This document shows positions 28,931-37,320 of a DNA stretch of 64,000 nt, one piece after another (position 1 is the stretch's first letter; the number at the start of each line of letters is the position of its first letter). Source of the DNA: Elusimicrobiota bacterium. GTDB taxonomy: Bacteria; Elusimicrobiota; Elusimicrobia; UBA1565; UBA9628. The stretch lies in NCBI GenBank assembly GCA_016212855.1, contig JACRDP010000003.1:29283-93282 (forward strand), given 5' to 3'. Position numbers and translations under genes: made by a program. The notes under the pieces are model-generated. The model was not told the DNA's origin, ran no database searches, and worked only from the letters and a program-made list of their open reading frames with translations.

Positions 28931-28939
28931 TGCTATCCT
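28931..28939 (+). promoter_or_regulatory. Extended -10 box TGcTATCCT, 6 nt before ATG 28946 (leaderless geometry)
   Basis: The sequence reads cTGcTATCCTcaagccATG. Confidence 0.4.
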
Positions 28940-28945
28940 CAAGCC

Positions 28946-29218
28946 ATGAACGACATCACGATCGAACCCCGTTCGCGAGTCACGCTCGCGGATAAAGAAA
29001 TTCTGAAGCCCGTTTTCGGCTCCCTCTGGCTTCCCTACGCGATCCTTCTCCTCACGGTCGCCGCCTTCTACTGGAACGTGCCCGCGAAGCTCGCCGCGCG
29101 GCTGAAGAGCAAGCCGGTTCCCCAGGCCTCGCTCGTCCCGACCTCGGTGAACTACCCCATGCCGCCCCAGTCGCAGTGGTTCACGAACCCGGACGACGCC
29201 CTCGTCGCCCACCGCTAG
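28946..29218 (+). CDS. Small hypothetical membrane protein
   Basis: 90-aa ORF with one TM helix (WLPYAILLLTVAAFYW). Confidence 0.4.
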   Translation: MNDITIEPRSRVTLADKEILKPVFGSLWLPYAILLLTVAAFYWNVPAKLAARLKSKPVPQASLVPTSVNYPMPPQSQWFTNPDDALVAHR

Positions 29219-30666
29219 TTCGCGTAGTAGTCGACGACGAACACGTCCGCCCGCCCTTCCCCTTCCGCCTCCGCCTTCAGCAGAAAGTCGTGATTGGCGG
29301 CGGTCTCGCGCTCGAAGGGCTTCAGAAAAGGCCGCAGATCCACGACGGCCGGACGGCCGTCCTGGAAGCTCAGCGGCGGCAGGTCCTTCCCCTCGATCGC
29401 CAGCTTCATACCGGCTAGCCCGCGAGGATAGACCACGAGCTTGGCGTTCCCGCGTCTGGAGTAGAAACGCAAAGTCCACGAGCGGCGCTCGGCGTCGAGC
29501 GTGCCGACGCGGATCCACAGCGGCTCGCGCGAGGCGTAGCGGTCGTCCTTGCGGTCGGGGATGGCCAAGGCGCGCAGCTTGGCGAGATATTCGGACGGAT
29601 TCGGCGTCTCGTCGCGATCGAGCGAGAACAGGCAGAAGCCGCGCAGACCCAGCTCGCGGCCCCATTCGATCTGCTCGGCCACGCGTTCGGGCGGGTGCGC
29701 CTTGACGCTGAAGCCCGCGATCACGCGCGACGGATCGAGCGTCTCGACCGAGTTCTGCAGGGCCTGACGCACCCAGGCGACGTCCGGAAAATAATCCATG
29801 AGCACGGCGAAATCAAGCGTGCCGTCCTCCACCCAGCGGCGGTACGCGGTGAAATTGCGTCCCTCGGCCAGGCTCCACGCGGCGAGCACCGCCGCGGACA
29901 CCGGCGTGCCCGGCCGCGCGGCCTTCACAGCGTCGCGCACGCCGCGCAGGCCCGCCGTCACCTGCGCCTCGCGCCACTCGTCCCCCTCACGGGTGTGCGT
30001 CGCGGGCCCCTTGCCCGCGGCCGGTGTGCGCGGCCCCATGCGCGCGGGATAGCGCACGAAGTCGAGATGCACGCCGTCCACCGGATAACGCGAGGCGACT
30101 TCGCCCGCGACCGCGGCCAGGTGCGCCCGCAGGTCCGGGTCCGCCCACTCGACCCACACGTTACCCTCCACCACCGAGGGCGTCGGGTCGTCCTTGCCCG
30201 GAAAGGCGATTTTACCGCTCACGTCGTGGAGAATCCAAGCGGGATGCGCGTTGAAGACGTGGAGCGGCGAGAGCGGCGGCGTGAGCCCGCGCCAGATCAC
30301 GCCCATGTTCAGATAGGCGTGGATCTTGAGCCCCTGCTTGTGGCCTTTCTCGAGCGCGTAGCCCAGCGGATCGAAATCCCCCTGCTCCTTGAGCGCCTCG
30401 GCGCGCGGCGTCAGATCGGAACGATAATAGGCGTCGCCGGAGACGCGCACCTGAACGAACAACGTGTCGAGGCCGGCGGCCTTCGCCCAGGCCAGCGCCT
30501 CGTCCACGCCTTTGCGCGAGGTCATCTGCCGCCAGCCCACCACCCAGCCCGCGCGGGTCTCGAGCGCGGCTGCGCGCGTGGCGGGCGGGACCGAGGGCAC
30601 GGGATCTTTCATCAAGTCGCGCGCCGGCGAAGGCACGGCGAGCAGCAGCAGCAAGAGCGTCCGCAT
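29215..30666 (-). CDS. Glycoside-hydrolase-like family 10 (GHL10/YngK-type) secreted protein
   Basis: Signal peptide from the internal ATG (MRTLLLLLLAVPSPA) and a TIM-barrel-like region LDTLFVQVRVSGDAYYRSDL. A perfect TATAAT (minus strand, 30673-30678) lies 6 nt before the ATG. Confidence 0.65.
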   Translation of the reverse strand: MRTLLLLLLAVPSPARDLMKDPVPSVPPATRAAALETRAGWVVGWRQMTSRKGVDEALAWAKAAGLDTLFVQVRVSGDAYYRSDLTPRAEALKEQGDFDPLGYALEKGHKQGLKIHAYLNMGVIWRGLTPPLSPLHVFNAHPAWILHDVSGKIAFPGKDDPTPSVVEGNVWVEWADPDLRAHLAAVAGEVASRYPVDGVHLDFVRYPARMGPRTPAAGKGPATHTREGDEWREAQVTAGLRGVRDAVKAARPGTPVSAAVLAAWSLAEGRNFTAYRRWVEDGTLDFAVLMDYFPDVAWVRQALQNSVETLDPSRVIAGFSVKAHPPERVAEQIEWGRELGLRGFCLFSLDRDETPNPSEYLAKLRALAIPDRKDDRYASREPLWIRVGTLDAERRSWTLRFYSRRGNAKLVVYPRGLAGMKLAIEGKDLPPLSFQDGRPAVVDLRPFLKPFERETAANHDFLLKAEAEGEGRADVFVVDYYAN

Positions 30667-30688
30667 GGCGCGATTATAGCCCTTAACT

Positions 30689-30704
30689 TGGCCGCTTCGT
30701 TGCT
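30689..30704 (+). promoter_or_regulatory. Sigma-54-type -24/-12 promoter TGGCCGCTTCGTTGCT
   Basis: GG and GC are separated as in TGGCAC-N5-TTGC. The -12 C (30703) is 13 nt before ATG 30716. Confidence 0.6.
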
Positions 30705-30715
30705 CGCGAGCATGC

Positions 30716-31282
30716 ATGGACCGGAAATACGCGCCGTTTCTGGCCTTTTTCGCGATCGCGCTCACGGCCGGTTGCGCCTTGTTCCGCTGGTCGGGCTACC
30801 GCGAGCGCGATCCCATGAAAGTCGGAGAGTGGTCCGCCGCCGAGCTCGCCTTCTCGACGAGCCCGGCCCGGGCGCGCCCGGAACTCCCGCCCCCCCCGTT
30901 GGGCGATATTCCCAATACGCTGTACTACTCCGATCTCGGTCCCGACACCGTCGACGTGTCCGGCTACCCGACCCAGCAGAAATACAACTACGAAATCTTC
31001 CGCCGGGAGTGCTCGGCGTGCCACACCTTGGCCCGCGCGGTGAATTCGCCGACGCAAAGCCGCGCGTACTGGCGCTTTCACATGGCGCGCATGAGCCTGC
31101 ATTCCCGCGTCAATCGCGCCGGCCCGCTGCCGGCAGCCGAGCTCGGCTTCATCCTCGATTTTCTCGAGTACGACTCGAAGGTCCGGAAGTCGGACGACAA
31201 GAAGGCCTTCGAGGAGCGGACCGAGGAGCTGAAGCGGCGATTCGATCCGATTCTGAAAAAACTGGTGGATAAGCCGAGGTAG
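30716..31282 (+). CDS. Lipoprotein with a single CxxCH haem-c motif (paralog 1)
   Basis: Lipobox LTAGC, CSACH motif, conserved YSDLGPDTVD and DFLEYDS blocks shared with the next gene. Confidence 0.6.
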   Translation: MDRKYAPFLAFFAIALTAGCALFRWSGYRERDPMKVGEWSAAELAFSTSPARARPELPPPPLGDIPNTLYYSDLGPDTVDVSGYPTQQKYNYEIFRRECSACHTLARAVNSPTQSRAYWRFHMARMSLHSRVNRAGPLPAAELGFILDFLEYDSKVRKSDDKKAFEERTEELKRRFDPILKKLVDKPR

Positions 31283-31286
31283 CGCC

Positions 31287-31835
31287 ATGTACCTGAAAAG
31301 AACGCCGCTCGCCGCCCTCGTGCTCGCCGCCCTCATGCTCGCCGCCGGCTGCACCCTGTGGCGGGTCCTCGTTCCCGCGTCCCCGTCCGGTGCGCCTGCC
31401 TCGGACGTTTCTGTTCCGGAAGTGACGCCCGAACGACGCAAGGCCGCCTTGTTCTACAGCGACCTGGGGCCGGAGACGGTGGACGCTTCGTCGTACCCGG
31501 CCGAACGAAAGCGCGACTATGAGGTTTACGCGCGGGTTTGCTCGCGCTGCCACACGCTCGCGCGGTCGATCAACGCGCCCTACGTCAGCCGGGGCTGGTG
31601 GGAGTTCTACGTCGCGAGAATGCGCGTGCGGGCGAAATTCCACGGCAAGCCGCTCACCAAGAGCGAGGTGAAGGCCGTCCTCGACTTCCTTGAGTACGAC
31701 TCCAACGAACGCAAGGTCGCGCACGCGGCCGAATTCGACGCGACCAAGGCCGTGCTGAAGCGCCGCTTCGAGGCCGCGCTCGACGAACGCATCGAGGGGC
31801 TCCAAAAGCAGACTCAGCCCCGGCTTATCCCCTAA
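31287..31835 (+). CDS. Lipoprotein with a single CxxCH haem-c motif (paralog 2)
   Basis: Lipobox LAAGC, CSRCH motif, same block order as 30716-31282. Confidence 0.6.
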   Translation: MYLKRTPLAALVLAALMLAAGCTLWRVLVPASPSGAPASDVSVPEVTPERRKAALFYSDLGPETVDASSYPAERKRDYEVYARVCSRCHTLARSINAPYVSRGWWEFYVARMRVRAKFHGKPLTKSEVKAVLDFLEYDSNERKVAHAAEFDATKAVLKRRFEAALDERIEGLQKQTQPRLIP

Positions 31836-31842
31836 AAGAACC

Positions 31843-31882
31843 GGGGCGGGTCGGCTCGCGAGCCGATCCGCCCCGTCTTTTC
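31843..31882. terminator. Bidirectional intrinsic terminator
   Basis: 16-bp stem ggggcgggtcggctcg/cgagccgatccgcccc (one G-U pair). It is followed by tcttttcc on the plus strand and by ttctttt on the minus strand. Confidence 0.8.
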
Positions 31883-31891
31883 CTGCATTCG

Positions 31892-32134
31892 TTAAGAGCC
31901 GGCGAGTTCCTTCTCCTTGGCCGCGAACGTCTTGCGGCCCGTCTCGAGCGCTTCTTTCACCGCCCGGTACTCGACTCGGCCTTTCGCCCTCTTCTCCTTG
32001 AGCCAGAGGCTCAACTCTTCCCTCGTCTCAGACCCCGCCTTCGGCGCGAATAACACGCCGAGCGCGGCTCCGATCACGGTCCCGGAAATGAAATATCCGG
32101 CGTACGACGCCAGCTTGCGCGTATCGTGTTCCAC
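31892..32134 (-). CDS. YtxH-domain protein
   Basis: GAALGVLFAPKAGSETREEL is the YtxH signature. GTG start preceded by GGGAGGG. Confidence 0.75.
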   Translation of the reverse strand: MEHDTRKLASYAGYFISGTVIGAALGVLFAPKAGSETREELSLWLKEKRAKGRVEYRAVKEALETGRKTFAAKEKELAGS

Positions 32135-32176
32135 ATGCCCTCCCGCGGAGGACGAAGCCCCCGCGCTTGAGCGCGC

Positions 32177-32192
32177 CGCAACGGAACATCCA
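32177..32192 (-). promoter_or_regulatory. Sigma-54-type promoter TGGATGTTCCGTTGCG (ytxH)
   Basis: Minus-strand motif with correct GG/GC spacing. Predicted +1 near 32166, giving a 32-nt leader with a Shine-Dalgarno sequence. Confidence 0.55.
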
Positions 32193-32194
32193 TC

Positions 32195-32842
32195 CTACGC
32201 GAACTCCCGGCGCCGCGCGTCGCGCAGGAGCGCCAGGACGTCCTCATCCGACACGGGCGAGAAATCCTCGTACCAGCGGCCGACCGCGTCGAAATATTCC
32301 GGCACGACGAGGAAGACGGTTTCGTCGGCGCGGCGCGCGAGCTCGCGCGCCGCCTCGGACGCGGCCACGGGAGCGGCGAGGATCACGCGCGAAGCCCCGC
32401 GCCGGCGCAGAGCGAGCATCGCCGCCGAGGCGGTCGCGCCCGTCGCGACCCCGTCGTCGACCAGGATGACGGCACGGGAGGCCACGGGCAGAGGCGGGAT
32501 TTCCGGGCGCAGGAACGCCAGACGCCGCCGGAGTTCCGCCTCCTGGCGCTTCGTCTCCCGGCGGATCCAAGTTCCGCCGGCCGCGCTTTGAGCGCCGGGC
32601 TCGAACCAAATCTCGCCCCCCTCCGCGATCGCTCCGATGGCCACCTCGGGACATCCGGGCGCGCCGAGCTTGCGCACGACGAGAAAGTCGAGCGGTGCGC
32701 CCAGACGCTCCGCCACCTCCGCGGCCACCGGCACGCCGCCCCGCGTCAGCCCGACGACGACGGGCCCGAGGGCCGCCCGCGTCATGAGCCTATCGGCGAG
32801 CGCGCGTCCGGCCTCCCGGCGGTCCTCGAATCGTTCATCCAT
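32195..32842 (-). CDS. Phosphoribosyltransferase-family protein (intact PRPP loop)
   Basis: RGGVPVA and VILVDDGVATGATASAA motifs. Confidence 0.75.
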   Translation of the reverse strand: MDERFEDRREAGRALADRLMTRAALGPVVVGLTRGGVPVAAEVAERLGAPLDFLVVRKLGAPGCPEVAIGAIAEGGEIWFEPGAQSAAGGTWIRRETKRQEAELRRRLAFLRPEIPPLPVASRAVILVDDGVATGATASAAMLALRRRGASRVILAAPVAASEAARELARRADETVFLVVPEYFDAVGRWYEDFSPVSDEDVLALLRDARRREFA

Positions 32843-32851
32843 GCTTGATCG

Positions 32852-33742
32852 TCAGTAAATGCGGGAGCCGGCGCGAGCGGCCACACGGCGAAGACTTCGC
32901 GGACGCCGCCCGGACGGTACGGCCAGAATGGGGGCGAAGGAGTGGCGCAGCGCCCGCTCGATCGTAGACCCCAGAGCGAAGTCGCCGGCGAAAGGCCGAC
33001 GGTGCGCGGACAGAGCCACGAGCCCGTAGCGTCCACTGTTGGCTTCCTCGACGATGCGCGCGCGAGCGTCCCCCGCGTACACGCGCAGGGTCCAATCCGG
33101 CCCGTCGCCCAGGATCAGCTTCAGACGGCGGCGTAGCGCGGGCCAATCCTGCACCATGGAGAGGCCGGCTTCCTTGACGTGGAGCACGTCCAGCGTCGCG
33201 CCGAGCCCGCGCGACACCTCGCGGGCCCAGCGCAGGGCGCGCGTCGCGTAAGGGCTTGCGTTCCACGGCGCGAGCACGCGCGCCGTGCCCTCGACTCCCT
33301 TGCGCGCTGGCACGGCGAGGACCGGGATCGAGGCGCGCCGGATGACCGCCTCGGACACGGAGCCGGTGAGAAGGCGGTCGAGGCCGGCGTAACCGTGGGT
33401 GCCCATCACCAGCAGATCCGCGCGCTCCGGCCGGGCCATCTCCAGGAGCGCGTCCACCGGCCAGCCCCGCGCCATGCGCAGCTTCAAGCGCTCCCGGGGA
33501 AAGCCCGCCGCGGCGTGGAGAAGCCTCTTGCGTATTTTATGCGCGGGCAACGTCGTCGCCGGCAACGGGAACACCGGCAGTCCGGGCTCGGTCCAGACCA
33601 CGGGCGCGGGCGCGCTGATATAGACGATCTCGAGCGCGGAGCCCCATCTTCGCGCCAAAGCCTTGGCTGCGTCGATCGCCGACAGCGAGGGCGCGGACAG
33701 ATCGGCGGCGACCAAAATGCGACGCGGCGGAAACCGCTTCAT
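32852..33742 (-). CDS. Universal stress protein, tandem USP domains
   Basis: Two UspA-like halves, each with the G-x2-G-x9-G-S/T pattern (MGTHGYAGLDRLLTGSVSE). Confidence 0.8.
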   Translation of the reverse strand: MKRFPPRRILVAADLSAPSLSAIDAAKALARRWGSALEIVYISAPAPVVWTEPGLPVFPLPATTLPAHKIRKRLLHAAAGFPRERLKLRMARGWPVDALLEMARPERADLLVMGTHGYAGLDRLLTGSVSEAVIRRASIPVLAVPARKGVEGTARVLAPWNASPYATRALRWAREVSRGLGATLDVLHVKEAGLSMVQDWPALRRRLKLILGDGPDWTLRVYAGDARARIVEEANSGRYGLVALSAHRRPFAGDFALGSTIERALRHSFAPILAVPSGRRPRSLRRVAARAGSRIY

Positions 33743-33751
33743 ACGTACCCC

Positions 33752-34219
33752 CTAATGCCCGTCCGCGCGCTTGACGACCCGGCTGGAGTCGAGCCACGCG
33801 CGCGCGCCGCCCTCCAGGCTGTACACGTTCATGTAGCCCATGCGCTGGAGGCTCTCCGCCGCCAACACGGACCGCGCACCCGCTCCACAGTAGAGGATGA
33901 TCTCCGATTCGGCGTCGGAGACCGTCTTCTCGATGTCCCGCTCGAGGATTCCGCGGCCGAGATGAACGGCACCCGGAAGACCTCCGCCGGCCCATTCCGA
34001 ATCCTCGCGCACGTCGATCAGTATGAAGCCGCGTTCACCCGCGTCGATCCGCGCCCGCAGAGCACCGGCCGAGATCGAACGCGTGCGCTGCCGCGCCTCC
34101 GAGACCAGCTTTTCGAAACGGAAGGCCGCAGGCGCCGCCCTCGAGGCGAGGGCGACCGCCAACAGGCCCACGGCCGCGACCGCCGCGACCACCGCGGCGA
34201 TCGCGTGTTTCCTGGTCAT
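33752..34219 (-). CDS. Rhodanese-domain sulfurtransferase with an N-terminal anchor
   Basis: Active-site loop YCGAGARS and IDVREDSEW. The start overlaps the ppsA stop. Confidence 0.8.
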   Translation of the reverse strand: MTRKHAIAAVVAAVAAVGLLAVALASRAAPAAFRFEKLVSEARQRTRSISAGALRARIDAGERGFILIDVREDSEWAGGGLPGAVHLGRGILERDIEKTVSDAESEIILYCGAGARSVLAAESLQRMGYMNVYSLEGGARAWLDSSRVVKRADGH

Positions 34220-36657
34220 ACGAGCGGCGGTCGCAACGATCCGGCCGCCGCGCCGCGCTTCTTCTCCATCTCGAGCACCGCCAAAGTCGTCTTGAGGACC
34301 GAATCCGGATTGAGCGAAAGGCTGTCGATCCCCAGGCCGACGAGAAACCCCGCGAACTCGGGATAGTCGCTCGGAGCCTGGCCGCAGATGCCGATCTTGC
34401 GGCCCGCGGCCTTGGCCGTGCGGATCACCTGCGCGATCATCGTCTTGACCGCCTCGTCGCGCTCGTCGAAGAGCGGCGCGACGATCTCGGAGTCGCGGTC
34501 GACGCCGAGAATCAGCTGCGTCAGGTCGTTCGAGCCGATCGAGAAGCCGTCGAAGATCTCGGCGAACTTCTCGGCCAGGATCACGTTGCTCGGGATCTCG
34601 CACATCACGTACACCTCGAGGCCGTCCTCGCCCCGGACGAGCCCGTGCAGTTCCATCTCGGCCTGCACGCGCCGCCCCTCTTCGACCGTGCGGCAGAACG
34701 GGATCATCAGCTTGAGGTTCTTGAGGCCCATCTCCTCGCGGACTTTGCGCACCGCCCGGCATTCCAGCGCGAAGCCCTCCCGGTAGCGGGGGTGATAGTA
34801 GCGCGAGGCGCCCCGGAAGCCGATCATCGGGTTCTCCTCGCGCGGCTCGAAGGCCGCGCCGCCGAGGAGGTTGGCGTACTCGTTGGTCTTGAAGTCGCTG
34901 AGTCGGAGGATCACGTCCTTCGGGTGGAACGCGGCCGCGATCATCGCCACGCCCTCCGCGAGCTTGTCGACGAAATAGCGCGGCTTGTCCGTCCAGCCCG
35001 CGGTCAGGCGCGCGATCTCGCGTCGCGCGTCGGCGCCCTGGACGCGCTCGGGGTGGATCAGGGCCAGGGGGTGGATCTTGACGAAGTTCGAGACGATGAA
35101 CTCCTCGCGCGCCAGGCCCACCCCGGAGTTCGGGATCAGCGAGAGGCCGAACGCCTCGCGGGGATCGGCGACGTTGAGCATGATCTTGGTTTCGGGCCGC
35201 TCCAGGCCCTTCAGGTCGACCCGCTCCACGTCGAACGCCAGACGTCCCGCGTAGACCACGCCGAGCTCGCCCCCGGCGCACGAGACCGTGACCTCCCATC
35301 CGTCGCGAAGCGCGTCCGTCCCCGTCTCCGTTCCCACGACGGCGGGCAAACCGAGCTCGCGGCTGACGATGGCCGCATGGCAGGTGCGCCCGCCGCGGTT
35401 GGTGACGATCGCGGACGCCTTTCTCATGATCGGCTCCCAGTCCGGGTCGGTCTTGTCCGTGACGAGCACCTCGCCGTCTTGGAACTCGCTCAGTCGCCCG
35501 ACGTCGCGGATGACCCGCACCCGGCCGATTCCGATCCGCCCGCCGACGCTGTGACCCGAGGCGAGAATCTTGCCGCGCTCCTTGAGGCGATAGGTCTCCA
35601 TCACGTCCGCCAGCCGCCGCGACTGCACCGTCTCCGGCCGGGCCTGGACGATGAACAGGCGGCCGCTCAGCCCGTCCTTAGCCCACTCGATATCCATGGG
35701 GCAGGGCTTGCCGGCCTTGGCGCCGTAGTGGTCCTCGATCACGCAGGCCCAGCGGGCCAAAGTCAAGATCTCCTCGTCGGTGATGGCGAAGCGCGCCCGC
35801 TCCGCCGCGGAGACGGGAACGTTCGACGTCCTTTTGGTCCCGCCCTCGTCATAAACGATCCTAAACTCCTTGCCGCCCACGGTCTTTTGAAGAATCGGCT
35901 TGAAGCCGTCCTTCAACGCGGGCTTGAAGACGACGTACTCGTCCGGGTTCACCGCGCCCTGGACGATGCTCTCGCCGAGGCCGTACGCGGCGCTGATGAG
36001 GACCGCCTCGCGGAAGCCGGTTTCCGTGTCGAGCGTGAACATGATGCCGGAGGCGGCCAGGTCCGAACGCACCATCCGCTGGACGCCGACGGAAAGCGCG
36101 ATGCGGCTTTCATCCAGGTTCTTGTCCGCGCGGTAGGCGATCGAGCGGTCGGTGAAGAGCGACGCGAAGCAGCGCCGGCACGTGTCGAGCAGCGCGGCGC
36201 GGCCCCGGACGTGCAGGAACGTCTCCTGCTGTCCGGCGAAGCTCGCCTCGGGAAGGTCCTCGGCCGTGGCGCTGCTGCGCACGGCCACGTCGGCGTCCTC
36301 GCCCGCGCCCAGACGGGCGTAGGCCCCGAGGATCGCCGCCTCGAGTTCCGCGGGGAGCGGCGCGGTCAACACGGCCTGGCGAAGCTCATGGCCGCGCCGG
36401 TGCAACTCCTCGGTGTCGCGCGCGTCCAAGCCCGTCAGCGCCCGCGTGATGAGCGCGCGCAGGCCGGAGCGCTCGATGAACAGGCGGTAGGACTCCGCCG
36501 TGATCGCGAAGCCGTCGGGCACCGGCACGCCTTGCGCGGAAAGCCCGCGGTACATCTCTCCGAGAGAGGCGTTCTTGCCGCCCACCGAGGGAACGTCCTC
36601 GATGCCGATCTCCTCGAACCGCTTGATGAGCTGAACCGCCCGCGCGATAGTCGCCAT
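34216..36657 (-). CDS. ppsA: Phosphoenolpyruvate synthase (pyruvate, water dikinase)
   Basis: 813 aa with N-terminal VGGKNASLGEM, the phosphohistidine region GGRTCHAAIVSRELG and a PEP-utilising C-domain. Confidence 0.92.
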   Translation of the reverse strand: MATIARAVQLIKRFEEIGIEDVPSVGGKNASLGEMYRGLSAQGVPVPDGFAITAESYRLFIERSGLRALITRALTGLDARDTEELHRRGHELRQAVLTAPLPAELEAAILGAYARLGAGEDADVAVRSSATAEDLPEASFAGQQETFLHVRGRAALLDTCRRCFASLFTDRSIAYRADKNLDESRIALSVGVQRMVRSDLAASGIMFTLDTETGFREAVLISAAYGLGESIVQGAVNPDEYVVFKPALKDGFKPILQKTVGGKEFRIVYDEGGTKRTSNVPVSAAERARFAITDEEILTLARWACVIEDHYGAKAGKPCPMDIEWAKDGLSGRLFIVQARPETVQSRRLADVMETYRLKERGKILASGHSVGGRIGIGRVRVIRDVGRLSEFQDGEVLVTDKTDPDWEPIMRKASAIVTNRGGRTCHAAIVSRELGLPAVVGTETGTDALRDGWEVTVSCAGGELGVVYAGRLAFDVERVDLKGLERPETKIMLNVADPREAFGLSLIPNSGVGLAREEFIVSNFVKIHPLALIHPERVQGADARREIARLTAGWTDKPRYFVDKLAEGVAMIAAAFHPKDVILRLSDFKTNEYANLLGGAAFEPREENPMIGFRGASRYYHPRYREGFALECRAVRKVREEMGLKNLKLMIPFCRTVEEGRRVQAEMELHGLVRGEDGLEVYVMCEIPSNVILAEKFAEIFDGFSIGSNDLTQLILGVDRDSEIVAPLFDERDEAVKTMIAQVIRTAKAAGRKIGICGQAPSDYPEFAGFLVGLGIDSLSLNPDSVLKTTLAVLEMEKKRGAAAGSLRPPLV
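34232..34247 (-). promoter_or_regulatory. Sigma-54-type promoter CGGCCGGATCGTTGCG (rhodanese), embedded in the ppsA 3' end
   Basis: The -12 C (34233) is 14 nt before ATG 34219. Confidence 0.5.
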
Positions 36658-36669
36658 GACCCGAGCCCC

Positions 36670-36685
36670 GGCAACGTTACTTCCA
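36670..36685 (-). promoter_or_regulatory. Sigma-54-type promoter TGGAAGTAACGTTGCC (ppsA)
   Basis: The -12 C (36671) is 14 nt before ATG 36657. No Shine-Dalgarno sequence. Confidence 0.6.
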
Positions 36686-36687
36686 GA

Positions 36688-36996
36688 CTACGGCCGCAGA
36701 TCCACGAAGAATTCGTGCGGCTCGCCGGTGATCCTCTTCCCGTCCGGGGTCTCCATGGACACGATGATCTCGTGTTCACCGTTTTCATAACCCGACCAAT
36801 CGAACCACCAGAAGCCCACGGCCGGCCGGCAGGCCATCCATTTTCCTTGGTCTATGGAAATGCCCACGCGTTTGACGCCTTCCGGGGCGTACACGCGGAC
36901 GGTGTATTGCGCGGACGTGATCACTTCGTTCTGCAGCGGATGATTGACCGCCAGCATGGTCTTGTTCGCGCTCTTACGGTTCAATATCGTCGCCAT
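36688..36996 (-). CDS. Hypothetical 102-aa protein (possibly a beta-sandwich fold)
   Basis: ATG preceded by GAAGGAGGAG. Locally lower GC. I recognise no family. Confidence 0.5.
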   Translation of the reverse strand: MATILNRKSANKTMLAVNHPLQNEVITSAQYTVRVYAPEGVKRVGISIDQGKWMACRPAVGFWWFDWSGYENGEHEIIVSMETPDGKRITGEPHEFFVDLRP

Positions 36997-37052
36997 GATA
37001 TCTCCTCCTTCGCTATCTCCGGCCGGAAAGTCTCGCCTCTTACGGCGCCGCA

Positions 37053-37068
37053 CGCAACGCGACGGCCA
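37053..37068 (-). promoter_or_regulatory. Sigma-54-type promoter TGGCCGTCGCGTTGCG
   Basis: Predicted +1 near 37042, giving a 46-nt leader with a Shine-Dalgarno sequence before ATG 36996. Confidence 0.6.
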
Positions 37069-37091
37069 CGCTCACGGCCCCAGCACGGCTC

Positions 37092-37107
37092 TGGCGCATA
37101 CGTTGCG
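37092..37107 (+). promoter_or_regulatory. Sigma-54-type promoter TGGCGCATACGTTGCG
   Basis: The -12 C (37106) is 14 nt before ATG 37120. Confidence 0.6.
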
Positions 37108-37119
37108 GCGCGTCGAATC

Positions 37120-37320
37120 ATGACATTCTCGCCGACCGAGCCGAGCCGCGATAAGGACGCGGAAATCGCCCGCTTGCTCGGTGAACTGGCCGACCTGACC
37201 GGGGAGGAGGAGGCCCTCGCGGCCTATCGCCGCGAGGCGGAGGCTTTCGAGCCCGCCGTCTCCACCGAAAGCATCGCGCGCGCCCTTCTCGCGCTTGAAA
37301 AGGAGGCGGGGCCGCCATGA
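37120..37320 (+). CDS. Small acidic hypothetical protein (66 aa), coupled to the HD-GYP gene
   Basis: ATG sits at the leaderless position of the sigma-54-type promoter. ATGA overlap with the next gene. Confidence 0.4.
   Translation: MTFSPTEPSRDKDAEIARLLGELADLTGEEEALAAYRREAEAFEPAVSTESIARALLALEKEAGPP

Noticed and set aside
28907-29665. 252-aa minus-strand ORF and other Arg-rich ORFs overlapping the GHL10 gene region and the small plus-strand gene.
   Set aside because: Arg/Gly-rich shadow frames with no motifs. The GHL10-like frame carries the signal peptide and conserved blocks.
33561-33576. Sigma-54-like CGGTGTTCCCGTTGCC inside the tandem-USP gene (minus strand).
   Set aside because: It lies mid-gene with no start codon at the predicted +1. 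About 15 chance occurrences of the loose GG-N9-GTTGC pattern are expected in the window, so genic hits without context are treated as background.
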